A DNA stretch of 64,000 nucleotides from Thermoplasmata archaeon (GTDB lineage Archaea > Thermoplasmatota > Thermoplasmata > GCA-020350865), in NCBI GenBank assembly GCA_020348445.1, contig CP070751.1, positions 3,681,002 through 3,745,001 on the forward strand, given 5' to 3'. The position numbers and the translations under genes are program-made. Numbering within the stretch: position 1 is the stretch's first letter; every line of letters starts with the position of its first letter. The notes below the pieces were generated by a model. The model was not told where the DNA came from, made no database searches, and saw only the letters and a list, made by a program, of their open reading frames with translations. This document shows, one piece after another, positions 42,012 to 52,148 of this stretch.

Positions 42012-42152
42012 ATGACACATGGAATGTGTTGCGGAAGACAGTTCCTCACATCCGAGGAAAAGATAGAAAAACTTGAAGAATACAAAAAATGGCTGGACAA
42101 TGAAAGCAAGGGTGTTGAGGAAGCAATCGAAAAACTAAAAGAGGCCAGTTAA
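42012..42152 (+). CDS. 46-aa protein MTHGMCCGRQFLTSEEKIEKLEEYKKWLDNESKGVEEAIEKLKEAS (missing from ORF track)
   Basis: GGAGGTGA SD 5 nt upstream; Cys-Cys-Gly motif plus coiled coil. Confidence 0.75.
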   Translation: MTHGMCCGRQFLTSEEKIEKLEEYKKWLDNESKGVEEAIEKLKEAS

Positions 42153-42160
42153 TTCTGGCC
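42143..42160 (+). terminator. Hairpin GGCCAG-TTAATT-CTGGCC followed by a T-rich run
   Basis: 6-bp stem spanning the stop codon of 42012-42152, followed by cttatattttt. Confidence 0.4.
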
Positions 42161-42243
42161 CTTATATTTTTATTTACATTTGACGAGATTTGGTTACATT
42201 CTATGCGAAGAAAATATAAATAAGGATGTCAATGAGCTAATTA

Positions 42244-42639
42244 ATGGATGGAAAACTTATATTCATATACAACGCTGATTCAGGCATCATCAGCTCTGTT
42301 TCGGATTACTTTCACAAGATAGTAAAACCTGATACATACCAATGCAATCTCTGCGCCTTGACTTATGGGAATCTGGGTATGAAGACCCAATGGAAGGATT
42401 TTATCGAGAATCTTGAGATTTCAGTGGAGTTTTTCCACAAGGACGAGTTCAAATCAAAATATCCCTGGGAAAAGGCAAAATTCCCTTCTGCCTACATTTT
42501 CAAGGACTCGGAATTATATCTCTTGATCGCCCAAAAGGATATGAACCAATTGCACACATTGGATGAGCTCATTAACCTGGTAAATGAGAAGTTAAAGGAG
42601 TTTAAGGATAAGCAGGATGATTACTGCCTTTTAAAATAG
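42244..42639 (+). CDS. Conserved hypothetical protein (FIYNADSG...YQCNLCALTYG motif)
   Basis: Clean ORF with a CxxC motif, of a type seen in bacteria. Confidence 0.7.
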   Translation: MDGKLIFIYNADSGIISSVSDYFHKIVKPDTYQCNLCALTYGNLGMKTQWKDFIENLEISVEFFHKDEFKSKYPWEKAKFPSAYIFKDSELYLLIAQKDMNQLHTLDELINLVNEKLKEFKDKQDDYCLLK

Positions 42640-42681
42640 TTGATGACCCTATTATGAATGCCAATCCATCAAGTAATTTGA

Positions 42682-43225
42682 TTACCCCAGCACTTGAATG
42701 TTCTTCTTTTTACAAATATCCTTGAGCTGCTTTGGCCACACTGTGACACTTACCTCCCCAAGATGGGCTCTTTTGAGAAGCAGCATATAGGTTCGTGACT
42801 GTCCAATACCACTACCGATTGACAGTGGGATCGTGTCGTTCAAGATTGCCTGATGGTACTTCTTTTTAAGAAAATCCAACTGGCCTGGCATCTCAAGCTG
42901 TGTTTTAAGGATTTCTTTTGTCAAACGAATTCCCATTGAGGGGAGCTCATGGCGTCTTTGGTCACGGGTTTCCTGAGGGGAATATCACTGTTTAGGACGT
43001 GCATTAGCTTTTTAGCCTTTGATGTTGTCTTCATAATCAAATCATCGTAGTCAGCTACCCTCATCTCGTGGGGATATCAGTCCGAAAAAAGCCAACCGAC
43101 GCCTTTTATGAATATAGCTAAATACTTTTGCTGGCCCTCTGTTTTCCTCTGCTTTCGTGCTACGTCGGAGAAAGTGTCAAGTATATCCTCGGCATGGTGG
43201 AATTTAAACTCTTTTTATTATCTTG
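42682..43225 (-). pseudogene. asnA: Aspartate--ammonia ligase remnant (C-terminal half, with stop and frameshift)
   Basis: Manual translation gives HAEDILD...RKQR, AIFIKGVGW..D*YPHEMRVADYDD (TGA 43077-43079), a frameshift near 42965 into RRHELPSMGIRL, then PLSIGSGIGQSRT...AHLGEV. Confidence 0.85.
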
Positions 43226-43310
43226 ATAATTATGAAATGCCAAGATTCTTACAAAATTTTTACTAATATATTTTATTCCTCAGTGGGCCCTTACTTTAAA
43301 AAAGAAATAT

Positions 43311-44702
43311 CTATCTCAAATATCTATTCACAAAATTGTCAACTTCAGGTATTCCTCCTTGCAATATGATATAACCGTTATGTGGTTCCCTTTCTGTAAT
43401 CTCGCCTGCAATAGGTGTAAGCATGATCTTTTTTACTTCATCTAAGTTGCTTGTATGGCCCAACGCCCAGGCAAGTTTCATATATGCGACCTCAGGCAAC
43501 ATATTCTCTGTTGGTACCACACCGATCTTCATCAGGTCACGTCCAGTGTCATATACATACATTTGCACATATCCCCATAAGGTCTGTACCGTCATATATA
43601 CCGCTATTTCATCTTCTATAGCACGCTTTAAGGGTTCATACAGTGGTTTATTGACATGACCAAGTCCAGTACCCGCTATGACTATGCCTTTGTATTTATG
43701 GTCTATCAGTGACTCTATAATATCAGGCATCATGTTAGGGTAATAGTATACTATAGCCACCTTCTCTTCAAATGCTGTATCTATCTTCACGTCTTGATCC
43801 CTTCTTCTTTTATTATAGTCTTTTCTCATATACTTGAAATCCCCTGGGGTAACAATTGCAAGTGGTATGTCACCTATTGTTCTAAATGTACTTCTGTAAC
43901 TGCTGTGCATTTTCCGAACACGCGTGCCCCTATGCAGTAAATTGTATTGATCGCTTGTAGGCCCGAACATACAAACCATTACCTCAGCAATATCGCAAAA
44001 AGCAGCGGTTCTTGTTCCGCATATTAAATTCAATGCCGCATCACTTGAGGGTCTGTCTGATGATCTCTGCGAACCTACAATGACTATTGGGACAGGCGGA
44101 TTCTGAACCATAAACGATAATATTGCCCCAGTGTGATGCATTGTGTCCGTACCATGGCCAATGATGATACCGTCAACACCATTCTCAATCTCTTTGCCGA
44201 TTGCCTTTGCAGTTGTTATATACTGCCTTGGTCCCATGTTCTCACTGAATATGCCATACAATTTCTCGGTCTTTAAATTGCAAATGCCCGCAAGTTCTGG
44301 CACAGCACCATATAACTCACCTGGGGTAAATGCTGGGATTACTGCACCTGTACGGTAATCCAATCTCGATGCAATGGTGCCTCCAGTCCCAAAAAGTGTA
44401 ACATTGGGTTTTTTAGGGTCCTTTGGGAACTCAGATTCCGGGATTTTATAATGCCCTTCTTTATAACCTATTTCTTTAATTGAATTTATTGAGCTCACTT
44501 TTAAACCTACATTGTAACCGTTATGAAGTTTTAGTACAATGTGTTGATCGTCCTCAGTTTCCGCCCTGGGGAGTATAATACCCTCAAATTTTCCTCTAGC
44601 TGATTTGATGATTACATCGCTCCAAACTTTTACACCTGATTCTTTAAGTTTCTTTTTTGCCGAGCCTCGGTACCCTTTATATATGTCCTCTTCATTCGCT
44701 AT
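43311..44702 (-). CDS. gatD: Glutamyl-tRNA(Gln) amidotransferase subunit D; apparent ATA start at 44702
   Basis: GTGGTIASR, GHGTDTM, GSQRSSDRPSSD; the frame extends 68 codons upstream of the track start (ILPRAE...HIVLKLHNGYNVG) to an ATA 5 nt after GGTGA, preceded by an in-frame TAA. Confidence 0.93.
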   Translation of the reverse strand: MANEEDIYKGYRGSAKKKLKESGVKVWSDVIIKSARGKFEGIILPRAETEDDQHIVLKLHNGYNVGLKVSSINSIKEIGYKEGHYKIPESEFPKDPKKPNVTLFGTGGTIASRLDYRTGAVIPAFTPGELYGAVPELAGICNLKTEKLYGIFSENMGPRQYITTAKAIGKEIENGVDGIIIGHGTDTMHHTGAILSFMVQNPPVPIVIVGSQRSSDRPSSDAALNLICGTRTAAFCDIAEVMVCMFGPTSDQYNLLHRGTRVRKMHSSYRSTFRTIGDIPLAIVTPGDFKYMRKDYNKRRRDQDVKIDTAFEEKVAIVYYYPNMMPDIIESLIDHKYKGIVIAGTGLGHVNKPLYEPLKRAIEDEIAVYMTVQTLWGYVQMYVYDTGRDLMKIGVVPTENMLPEVAYMKLAWALGHTSNLDEVKKIMLTPIAGEITEREPHNGYIILQGGIPEVDNFVNRYLR

Positions 44703-44817
44703 TTATATCACCCTAATTGTTTATCTAATTAATTATTATTTATTCATTTTTTTTTATACGTATATTATTATCATAAATATCTAACTTAGGTGAGGTTTTC
44801 CTAGTAAATTGATGCAA

Positions 44818-46344
44818 TTATCCCCAATGAATAAAGTTTTTTATATATTTTTCCGCTATTTGTCTATCCTTTTTCAATTTTTTATTTAGATCTTTGTCTT
44901 TAAATAATTCAAGCTGCTTTACTAGACCATCGATGATCCTTTTGTTGAAAACATCATCTTCATTATAAAAATAAGCCTGTTCTTTTAATTTTTCTGCTGA
45001 TTGAAAGCAGGATGTCGGAAGGTGATTAAACTTTTCTTCCTTCTTTTTATATCCCTCTTTGGATATATTTAAATCAACATAACATTCTTTGGCCAACCTT
45101 ATTGATTCGTCATTTGTCAAACCAAATTTTGCTGCTACCGCAATACCTGCTAACAACAAATGAATATTCGCAGATCCATCTGGAGATCTTAACTCAATAG
45201 TTTGTCTTTCTTTGCAAGAACTTCGGTTGGTAATGCCCTTATTTATTTTAAAACTAAGATCAGGTATTTTTCTCCATCCGAGTGGCACTCTTATGAGTAA
45301 AGATCTGTTTTTATCCCCCCAGCATATGTAAGTTGGCGCTTCTTGATTGGGAACGAATCTTAAATAGGAAGTTGGGTTTGTATTCCCAAATGCCGTAATG
45401 CTTGGTGCTAACTTGAGCAATCCGCCGATAATTCTTCTGGCGGTTTCACTTAGATTCTCATTATCATCTAATAAAACGTTTTTATTTTTCTTAAATGCAG
45501 CGACATGTATATGTAACCCAGTTCCTGCATGACCTACTGCGATTTTAGGGGCAAATGTTATCTCGACACCATATTTTACTGCAATATTTCTTATTATCCA
45601 CCTTGCAATGACAACATGATCCGCCATATCTTCTAATGATTCTAAATCAAGTTCTATCTCGTACTGTTCAAATCGTGTGCCGTCTTCTTGCACAATATTG
45701 CCAACTTCCGAATGCCCATATTTTGCCTTTATACCCAATGAAGCAAGTGTATATAGGATTTCATTATTCATGTCCTCATATTTTATAAATGGTTTGCTTT
45801 CTTGATAACTTCTTTGAGACACTCCAGGGAAGAGTTCGCTTTCTTGGGTAATATATTTCACATAATATTCTAGTTCACCATATGCTTCAAGGTTTATACC
45901 CGTTTTTTTCTTTAATTGCAGGTGCGCCTTTTTTATAATATACTCCGGAGCTATATCGAGTTCATCACCATTGGCATCAAAATATGAACAGAGCATGTTA
46001 AGGGTAGGAATTGCAGAGAACGGGTTTAAAAAGGCTGTTTTAAACCGAGGTATAACATATAAATCACTATTTCTTGGATCAATATATGAAAATAAACTTG
46101 ACCCGTCAACACGTTCACCGCAGTCTAATAGCATTTTTAGTTGTTTTTCACTTCTAATCGGGAAACTTAATGTCTTTAATCTACCATCCCCTCCTACAAA
46201 ATTAAAATTAAGCATTTTTATATTGTTTTCCTTGATAAAGTTAATAATGTCTTTCCGGGTAAACTCCATCGGTTCTTTCTTTAAGAATTGAGTTAGTATA
46301 TTTGTATTTTGATAAGATTTTTCATCTTCCATTTTATCACTCAT
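44818..46344 (-). CDS. glnA: Glutamine synthetase family protein (GSI-like, ~500-aa type)
   Basis: DGSS, GELEYY, GHSEVG, AGTGLHIH, SYLRFVPNQEAP, NRSLLIRVP, IELRSPDGSAN. Confidence 0.9.
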   Translation of the reverse strand: MSDKMEDEKSYQNTNILTQFLKKEPMEFTRKDIINFIKENNIKMLNFNFVGGDGRLKTLSFPIRSEKQLKMLLDCGERVDGSSLFSYIDPRNSDLYVIPRFKTAFLNPFSAIPTLNMLCSYFDANGDELDIAPEYIIKKAHLQLKKKTGINLEAYGELEYYVKYITQESELFPGVSQRSYQESKPFIKYEDMNNEILYTLASLGIKAKYGHSEVGNIVQEDGTRFEQYEIELDLESLEDMADHVVIARWIIRNIAVKYGVEITFAPKIAVGHAGTGLHIHVAAFKKNKNVLLDDNENLSETARRIIGGLLKLAPSITAFGNTNPTSYLRFVPNQEAPTYICWGDKNRSLLIRVPLGWRKIPDLSFKINKGITNRSSCKERQTIELRSPDGSANIHLLLAGIAVAAKFGLTNDESIRLAKECYVDLNISKEGYKKKEEKFNHLPTSCFQSAEKLKEQAYFYNEDDVFNKRIIDGLVKQLELFKDKDLNKKLKKDRQIAEKYIKNFIHWG

Positions 46345-46570
46345 ATTATTTTAACTTTCAACTGTAAATCATTTCTATTTAAAAACCTTTCTTCACCGCT
46401 GTTCAAGCAAGAATAAAGAATTTTATGGCCTAATGGGCATCATATGGCTCCCTATAATACATGACACGAACTTTATTTTTTTAATTTCTCAGTAATAGAA
46501 CCATAATAAGTATTATATTTATTTATTAATATCACTCTGGGCATATTATGGTTTAATATTTAGATGATAG

Positions 46571-48517
46571 GTGAAATCTTTGAAAATCAATATGGCAGAA
46601 AAGCACAAAGATAACGAAGATTACTACCGTAAGTTAGGTTTAAAATGTGGGTTGGAAATCCATCAACAATTGGATACTGAAAAAAAATTATTCTGCCGAT
46701 GCAGAGCCGCAATGCATAAAGATGAGCCCAGCGCTGAGATCTTAAGGCATATGAGGCCCACCCTTTCCGAACTTGGCGAATATGATGGTACCGCGTTAAT
46801 GGAATTCAAAACCAAAAAGAACGTGATTTATCAGCTCTATGATGATACAGTGTGCACTTACGAAATGGATGACACACCTCCCTTTCCATTAAACCAACAA
46901 GCATTGGATATAGCCTTAGAGATCGCGCTTTTGCTAAATTGCAGCATTGTGGATGAGATCCATATCAGTAGGAAACAATATCTGGATGGCAGCATACCTA
47001 CAGGTTTTCAAAGAACTGGGATCATTGGCATCGAGGGATGGGTTCCTTATCATAATAGAAAGATAAGAATTATTCAGCTGGGATTAGAAGAAGATGCTTG
47101 CAGAGAAGTTAGCGATGTGGGCCATACAATTGTTTTTAAAACCGACCGTTTGAGTATTCCCCTGGTTGAGGTGGTAACATACCCAGATATTAGAACCCCT
47201 AACGAGTCTGGTGAGGTTGCAAAGGCCATTGGTAGGTTGCTTAGATCGACGGGTAAGGTGCGTAGGGGATTGGGCAGTGTCCGCCAGGATGTAAACGTGA
47301 GCATCGAGGGAGGAACAAGGGTGGAACTCAAAGGGATACCTAAACTTCAATATATACCAAAAGCCGTGGCTAATGAGGCCAGAAGACAAAAGGCTCTGCT
47401 CGATATCCGCGACGACCTGCGATTGCGAGGCATCACGGAAGCAACTTTTCGTAGCGATTTTAAAGACATTACATCGATGTTTAAGATTTCGAAGTGCAAA
47501 CGGTTTAGGGAGGTTATTGAAAACAATGGGAAAATCTACGGGATGGTACTCCGGGTTATTGCAGGTATATTGGATAAAACAACACAGCCTGGCAATACCT
47601 TCGGTGATGAGATTGCTGGGCGGGTGAGGGTAATCGCATGTCTTGATGTCATGCCAAATATAGTATATTCCAATCATTTTGAAGATTTTGGCCTGACTCT
47701 GGATGAGATTGAGAAGTTAGAGGAATCATTCGATGCCAAATCCACAGATACCATCATTTTGGTTTGGGGCGATGAAGCCGATGTTAAGACCGCTGTGGAG
47801 GAGATCAAGATACGGGTAATAGAAGCAACAAAGGGCGTGCCTTCAGAAACCAGACAGGTCTTTGCTAATGGTACAAATGATTTCGAAAGGATCCTACCCG
47901 GACCTAATAGGATGTATCCAGATACAGATTCACCGCCCACACCAATTTCGGAAGAACGTCTGGAACATTTGAGAAAGGCTTTACCAGAACCAGTATGGGA
48001 TCGTGAAAAAAGGATGAAGAAACTTGGTCTTCCCAGCGATTTGGTTAAATCCCTGGCTGTATCCCGTTATTTCGACGTATTTGATAAAATCGTAAAGGAT
48101 TTAAATGTTAATCCTACTCTTGTTGCCGTGACCTTAGAGGAAAGGCTGAGGTTTTTGCGAAGAAAAGGAAAAAAAGTGGATTCAATTTCAGACGAGGACA
48201 TATACCAGTTGTTCCAGGAGTTGGATGAAAATAGACTTAGTAAGGGAGCAATCCCAGTTATTCTTGAATTATTGGCAAATAACCCGGATAAAACAGTAAA
48301 AGAGGCAATCACAGAATCGAACCTAAAACCCCTGTCAATAGAAGAAATACAAGATTTAGTCGATGAAAAAATTGGTCATTATTCGAACCCTAAAAGTATC
48401 AACAGCTCAATTAAAGTAATAATGGGTGAAGTTATGAAGGTTGCCCGAAATAGAATCGATGGTAAATTATTAAAAGAGGTCGTAACAGCTAAATTAGAAA
48501 AATCCATGAAGGAGTAA
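46571..48517 (+). CDS. gatE: Glutamyl-tRNA(Gln) amidotransferase subunit E
   Basis: GLKCGLEIHQQL, RKQYLDGSIPTGFQRT, LEEDACR, RRGLGSVRQDVNVSI, RILPGPNRMYPDTD; start GTG 46571 or ATG 46592. Confidence 0.96.
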   Translation: MKSLKINMAEKHKDNEDYYRKLGLKCGLEIHQQLDTEKKLFCRCRAAMHKDEPSAEILRHMRPTLSELGEYDGTALMEFKTKKNVIYQLYDDTVCTYEMDDTPPFPLNQQALDIALEIALLLNCSIVDEIHISRKQYLDGSIPTGFQRTGIIGIEGWVPYHNRKIRIIQLGLEEDACREVSDVGHTIVFKTDRLSIPLVEVVTYPDIRTPNESGEVAKAIGRLLRSTGKVRRGLGSVRQDVNVSIEGGTRVELKGIPKLQYIPKAVANEARRQKALLDIRDDLRLRGITEATFRSDFKDITSMFKISKCKRFREVIENNGKIYGMVLRVIAGILDKTTQPGNTFGDEIAGRVRVIACLDVMPNIVYSNHFEDFGLTLDEIEKLEESFDAKSTDTIILVWGDEADVKTAVEEIKIRVIEATKGVPSETRQVFANGTNDFERILPGPNRMYPDTDSPPTPISEERLEHLRKALPEPVWDREKRMKKLGLPSDLVKSLAVSRYFDVFDKIVKDLNVNPTLVAVTLEERLRFLRRKGKKVDSISDEDIYQLFQELDENRLSKGAIPVILELLANNPDKTVKEAITESNLKPLSIEEIQDLVDEKIGHYSNPKSINSSIKVIMGEVMKVARNRIDGKLLKEVVTAKLEKSMKE

Positions 48518-48602
48518 ATATCTGCTATTCGATAGTTTATGCCATTTAACCCCGAAACTCGATTACAAAATTGGATTCTCATAAGGTGGTCTTTTATTTT
48601 AC

Positions 48603-49709
48603 TCATTTTCTGAGTTCCTCAATCACCTTGGGGAAGGCCCCGCAGAATCTTGCGCACTGTTCTTCTGGTATTGAAAACGATGTTCTAACAAACCTGCTTC
48701 CGAACCTTTTGGAGAGATAGTTTCCGCCCCTTACAAAGACATGATGGTCGAACAAAAGTTTCCTCTCAACCTCGTCTGGGTCTATTTTCGTTTCCGAGAT
48801 GTCTATAACGAACATGTTTGTGTGTGAGGGGTATACTGGAAGAAAGGCCCCCTCTATTCCTTCCACGCATTTTTTGATAGCTTTTTGGTTCTTCCTTGAA
48901 ATCCCCACGACCCTGTCGATCCATTGTTCCTTTGTCTGAAGTGCGGCCAGTGCGGCCCTCTGGGCAATTATGTTCACTGAAAGAACATTTGTGTTGAAAG
49001 GTTTGAGCTCCTTCATAATATCTTTTGGAGCCAAAAGGGCTCCTATTCTCATTCCCGCAAATCCGCAGTTCTTTGAGAAGGAGTATGCTATCAGGGTCTT
49101 CTCGGGGTAAAATTCGGTTGTCAAAGTGTGGCTGTCTGCAAAATCCCTGTAGGTGATATCGTCTATCATATAGAGGTCGTGATCCTTACAAATCTCGCAG
49201 AAGGCCTTAACCTCATCTTTTGTATAAGGTGTGCCTAAGGGATTCAAGGGGTCAATCAATAGAAACATCCTGGTTTTGTCATCCACTGCTTCTTTTACCT
49301 GCTCTTCTGTAAGCCTCCATGGCTCTTGGTAGACAGGCAGTTCTTTTACCTTAGCATTTGAAAGTCTCACCTGATGATGAATCGGCATGAAACTCGGGTC
49401 CGAAGCGATTACGTTATCCCCCTCCTTGAGTAGAGCTCTGTTGAGGATGTACAGGCCCTCGATTCCTCCTGGGGTGATCAGGCAGTCGAATTCATCCTGG
49501 GAGATTCCCAGGTCCTTGAATATTGCCTCCTGAAGTCCGAAGATCCCGGGGGCATAGGGATAGAGGTTGTACTCCTTGCTTTTCACGCTCTCCAAAATTG
49601 CTTTTTCTATCTCGGGGGATGTGGGAATCGTATTCGTATTCTGGCTCATCCAGACGATCTCGTTCCTGTGTTCGTGTGCGTACTCGAAGTTTGAGGGCAT
49701 GGGGGTCAC
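48603..49709 (-). CDS. PLP-dependent class I/II aminotransferase
   Basis: DPLNPLG, DDITY, SFSKNCGFAGMRIG (PLP lysine). Confidence 0.9.
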   Translation of the reverse strand: MTPMPSNFEYAHEHRNEIVWMSQNTNTIPTSPEIEKAILESVKSKEYNLYPYAPGIFGLQEAIFKDLGISQDEFDCLITPGGIEGLYILNRALLKEGDNVIASDPSFMPIHHQVRLSNAKVKELPVYQEPWRLTEEQVKEAVDDKTRMFLLIDPLNPLGTPYTKDEVKAFCEICKDHDLYMIDDITYRDFADSHTLTTEFYPEKTLIAYSFSKNCGFAGMRIGALLAPKDIMKELKPFNTNVLSVNIIAQRAALAALQTKEQWIDRVVGISRKNQKAIKKCVEGIEGAFLPVYPSHTNMFVIDISETKIDPDEVERKLLFDHHVFVRGGNYLSKRFGSRFVRTSFSIPEEQCARFCGAFPKVIEELRK

Positions 49710-49842
49710 CGGCAGGGTATCTTCTCGGGTGGTAAAAAGGATTTTGGGAGGGCGATAATAATATAAGTGGATAGAGCAATTGTCAGATGAACCAAGACCA
49801 AAGGTTATAATCTGAAATATACAAAATCGGGAGAATCATTAT

Positions 49843-50355
49843 ATGGATGAGGAAAGGAAGTTAGGTTTAATTCCCCAGGTAAGAATACCAGGAGCGTTGG
49901 GAGTTAATATTTATGCAATCCTTATAACGACGAGAAGACTTCTTTTTATTCGAACCTCTAAAGGATACGGATTTATTTTAGGCGGTGCAGTTGGAGCTGC
50001 TATCGGTTCATATTATGGTGATAAAGGGACAAGGCCATTCACTGATCCGGCAATTCTTCGGGATATCGACATAAACACTCTAAAGGAAGAAAAAGGCAAC
50101 AAGGACATATTGATAGATAATATTACAAAGGTAAAGTTAAAAAAAGGACTGGCAGCAAATAAGCTCTCTATTTATGGCCTGAAGAAGAACAAGAAGAAGT
50201 TATTGTTGGAAGGGTATTTGGTACCCCCCTCAGGTTACACCAAAGGTTATAAGGAAGAGGGTCTTGATTCAAAAGAAATAAGTCTCAGATATATCCAGGA
50301 AACTGAAAGTATTTTTCAAACGGTATTATTGGATCGAATTGAAAGGAATTATTAA
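49843..50355 (+). CDS. Hypothetical protein
   Basis: 170-aa ORF with GGGAGA SD and a Gly-rich hydrophobic segment. Confidence 0.65.
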   Translation: MDEERKLGLIPQVRIPGALGVNIYAILITTRRLLFIRTSKGYGFILGGAVGAAIGSYYGDKGTRPFTDPAILRDIDINTLKEEKGNKDILIDNITKVKLKKGLAANKLSIYGLKKNKKKLLLEGYLVPPSGYTKGYKEEGLDSKEISLRYIQETESIFQTVLLDRIERNY

Positions 50356-50503
50356 TTCATACATTGGGAGTATGCTCAAAAGCGTGAAGTATAAGGGATA
50401 CAAATGGAGGAATATTCTCTGGGAATAAAAAGTGCTTTGGAGGGAACCTAAGCGATAATATTATATTTGACGATAAAGTTAATCATTCAAGTGAAGGGTG
50501 CTA

Positions 50504-50583
50504 CTTAGAAAATGCATATCGCTGGTTTGCCATCGCCATTTCCGAGGCCTGCGTCCGTTTAACAGTAAAAGGAGGAGATTGTC
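50504..50583 (+). repeat. Structured intergenic element, copy A (right module only)
   Basis: CTTAGAAA...CGCCATTTCCGAGGCCTGCGTCCGT...AGGAGGAGATTGTC. Confidence 0.85.
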
Positions 50584-50591
50584 GATTTTTT

Positions 50592-52085
50592 TTATTTTAC
50601 AGGGTCAATCGCCCTTATCCCATCGCTGTATCCCTCGAACTTTGTTCCATCTGTTAATTCTCCTGTAACCTTTAAATTGTAAGTTCCAGGTGACAGCATA
50701 TCCTCCACTTCGCTTCTATCGAATTTGACCATGAGTGTATCGCCTTGGATGTCACCCCATTCAGCTGGGATTGTATCTTCTAGTATCACAGTGCTGATAT
50801 CTATATCGTTGACATCATATGAGCTGTTCATTGTAATATAGCATGCAATCCATCTACCTTTGCTTTTTAAATTAAAGGTATTGGGATTTATATCCACTCC
50901 AGCAGAGATTGATGGAAAGGGGAGTAATATCTGTTTAAAGTAAATCTCATGATTACCATCTCTATAATCCGCCCAGACAACATGAACCATGTTTTCATTA
51001 ACTACGATATCCGGCGAAACGGAAGTCTCAGGGGCAACCGTAAGTCTTGTGTCAACACTCCATGTATTGCCTCTATCAAAACTGCTTTTGAAGTAAATTT
51101 CAAGACTCCCTCCCTTATCCCGGTCATCCTCCCATACTATATAGATATTATCGTTCTCTGCAGATATTGCCGGATCAAAAATATTGTGAGTAGAATTCGA
51201 GAGTTTAATATTTTTAACCCATGTATTCCCATTATCTTCACTATAGCTAAAATAAACCTGTCTTTTAGACTCTTTATGACCATAAACAACATAGATGTAA
51301 TCGTTATTATGAGCAATATCAACATAATAATTACTATTCGTTGGTGTACTAGTGATGTTAATATCCTTTTCCCACGTTACACCGTTATCTCTGCTTTTTA
51401 TATAAAAGATATCCGGAATCAAGTGTCCTGCTCTTTCGGTATCTCTCCACACTATATGTACATTATTTTCATTGACGGCTATAGCTGTCTCAATTGATAC
51501 ACTTCTGTTAGGTATTAGTATTTCGGGAACGCTCCAAGTAAAGCCGTTATCATTGCTATGAATGTAAGAAAGTTTATGATTTGAGTCTGAGTAGACAACA
51601 TGCAAGTTGTTCTCATACACGCCGATATCCCAATTAGGAAAATTGTCGTACATTATTGGCGTTATTGCGATCTCAGGGCTCCAGGTATTTCCATTATCTG
51701 TACTGCGAATATAATGTATTCTTTTATCATCGCTTTCACACCATATTACATGAATGTTACTTCCATTGACTGCTATTTTTGGATGTAATGCTTTTGTTGA
51801 AGGACCACTTACCAAGCAGATAGGAGGATTCCATGTATTTCCGCGGTCGCGGCTGTTTATGTACCATAAAAACATTTCGAGATATCCTGCACCTTCATTG
51901 TCGATATACGCCACATGGATGTTGTTGCCTTCTACTGCAATAGCTGGAAATAAGGAGCGTCCATCATTAAATGTCAGTCTAATATCCTCGCTCCAATCAC
52001 CTATATCAGTGGATGCTGTGGTTATTGAGATACTACTTAGCCCAATAGCAAACACAAACATAATGCTTAATAATTTTTTTCTCAT
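50592..52085 (-). CDS. Secreted BNR/Asp-box (sialidase-like) propeller protein
   Basis: Signal peptide MRKKLLSIMF; repeated SxDxGxTW boxes; likely ATG 52085 (the track ORF starts at 52130). Confidence 0.85.
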   Translation of the reverse strand: MRKKLLSIMFVFAIGLSSISITTASTDIGDWSEDIRLTFNDGRSLFPAIAVEGNNIHVAYIDNEGAGYLEMFLWYINSRDRGNTWNPPICLVSGPSTKALHPKIAVNGSNIHVIWCESDDKRIHYIRSTDNGNTWSPEIAITPIMYDNFPNWDIGVYENNLHVVYSDSNHKLSYIHSNDNGFTWSVPEILIPNRSVSIETAIAVNENNVHIVWRDTERAGHLIPDIFYIKSRDNGVTWEKDINITSTPTNSNYYVDIAHNNDYIYVVYGHKESKRQVYFSYSEDNGNTWVKNIKLSNSTHNIFDPAISAENDNIYIVWEDDRDKGGSLEIYFKSSFDRGNTWSVDTRLTVAPETSVSPDIVVNENMVHVVWADYRDGNHEIYFKQILLPFPSISAGVDINPNTFNLKSKGRWIACYITMNSSYDVNDIDISTVILEDTIPAEWGDIQGDTLMVKFDRSEVEDMLSPGTYNLKVTGELTDGTKFEGYSDGIRAIDPVK

Positions 52086-52148
52086 ATCTACCGCCCTCCC
52101 TCTCCAAAGAATAAATGCATCTGGAAGCATATAAAACCTTCTCTAAAA

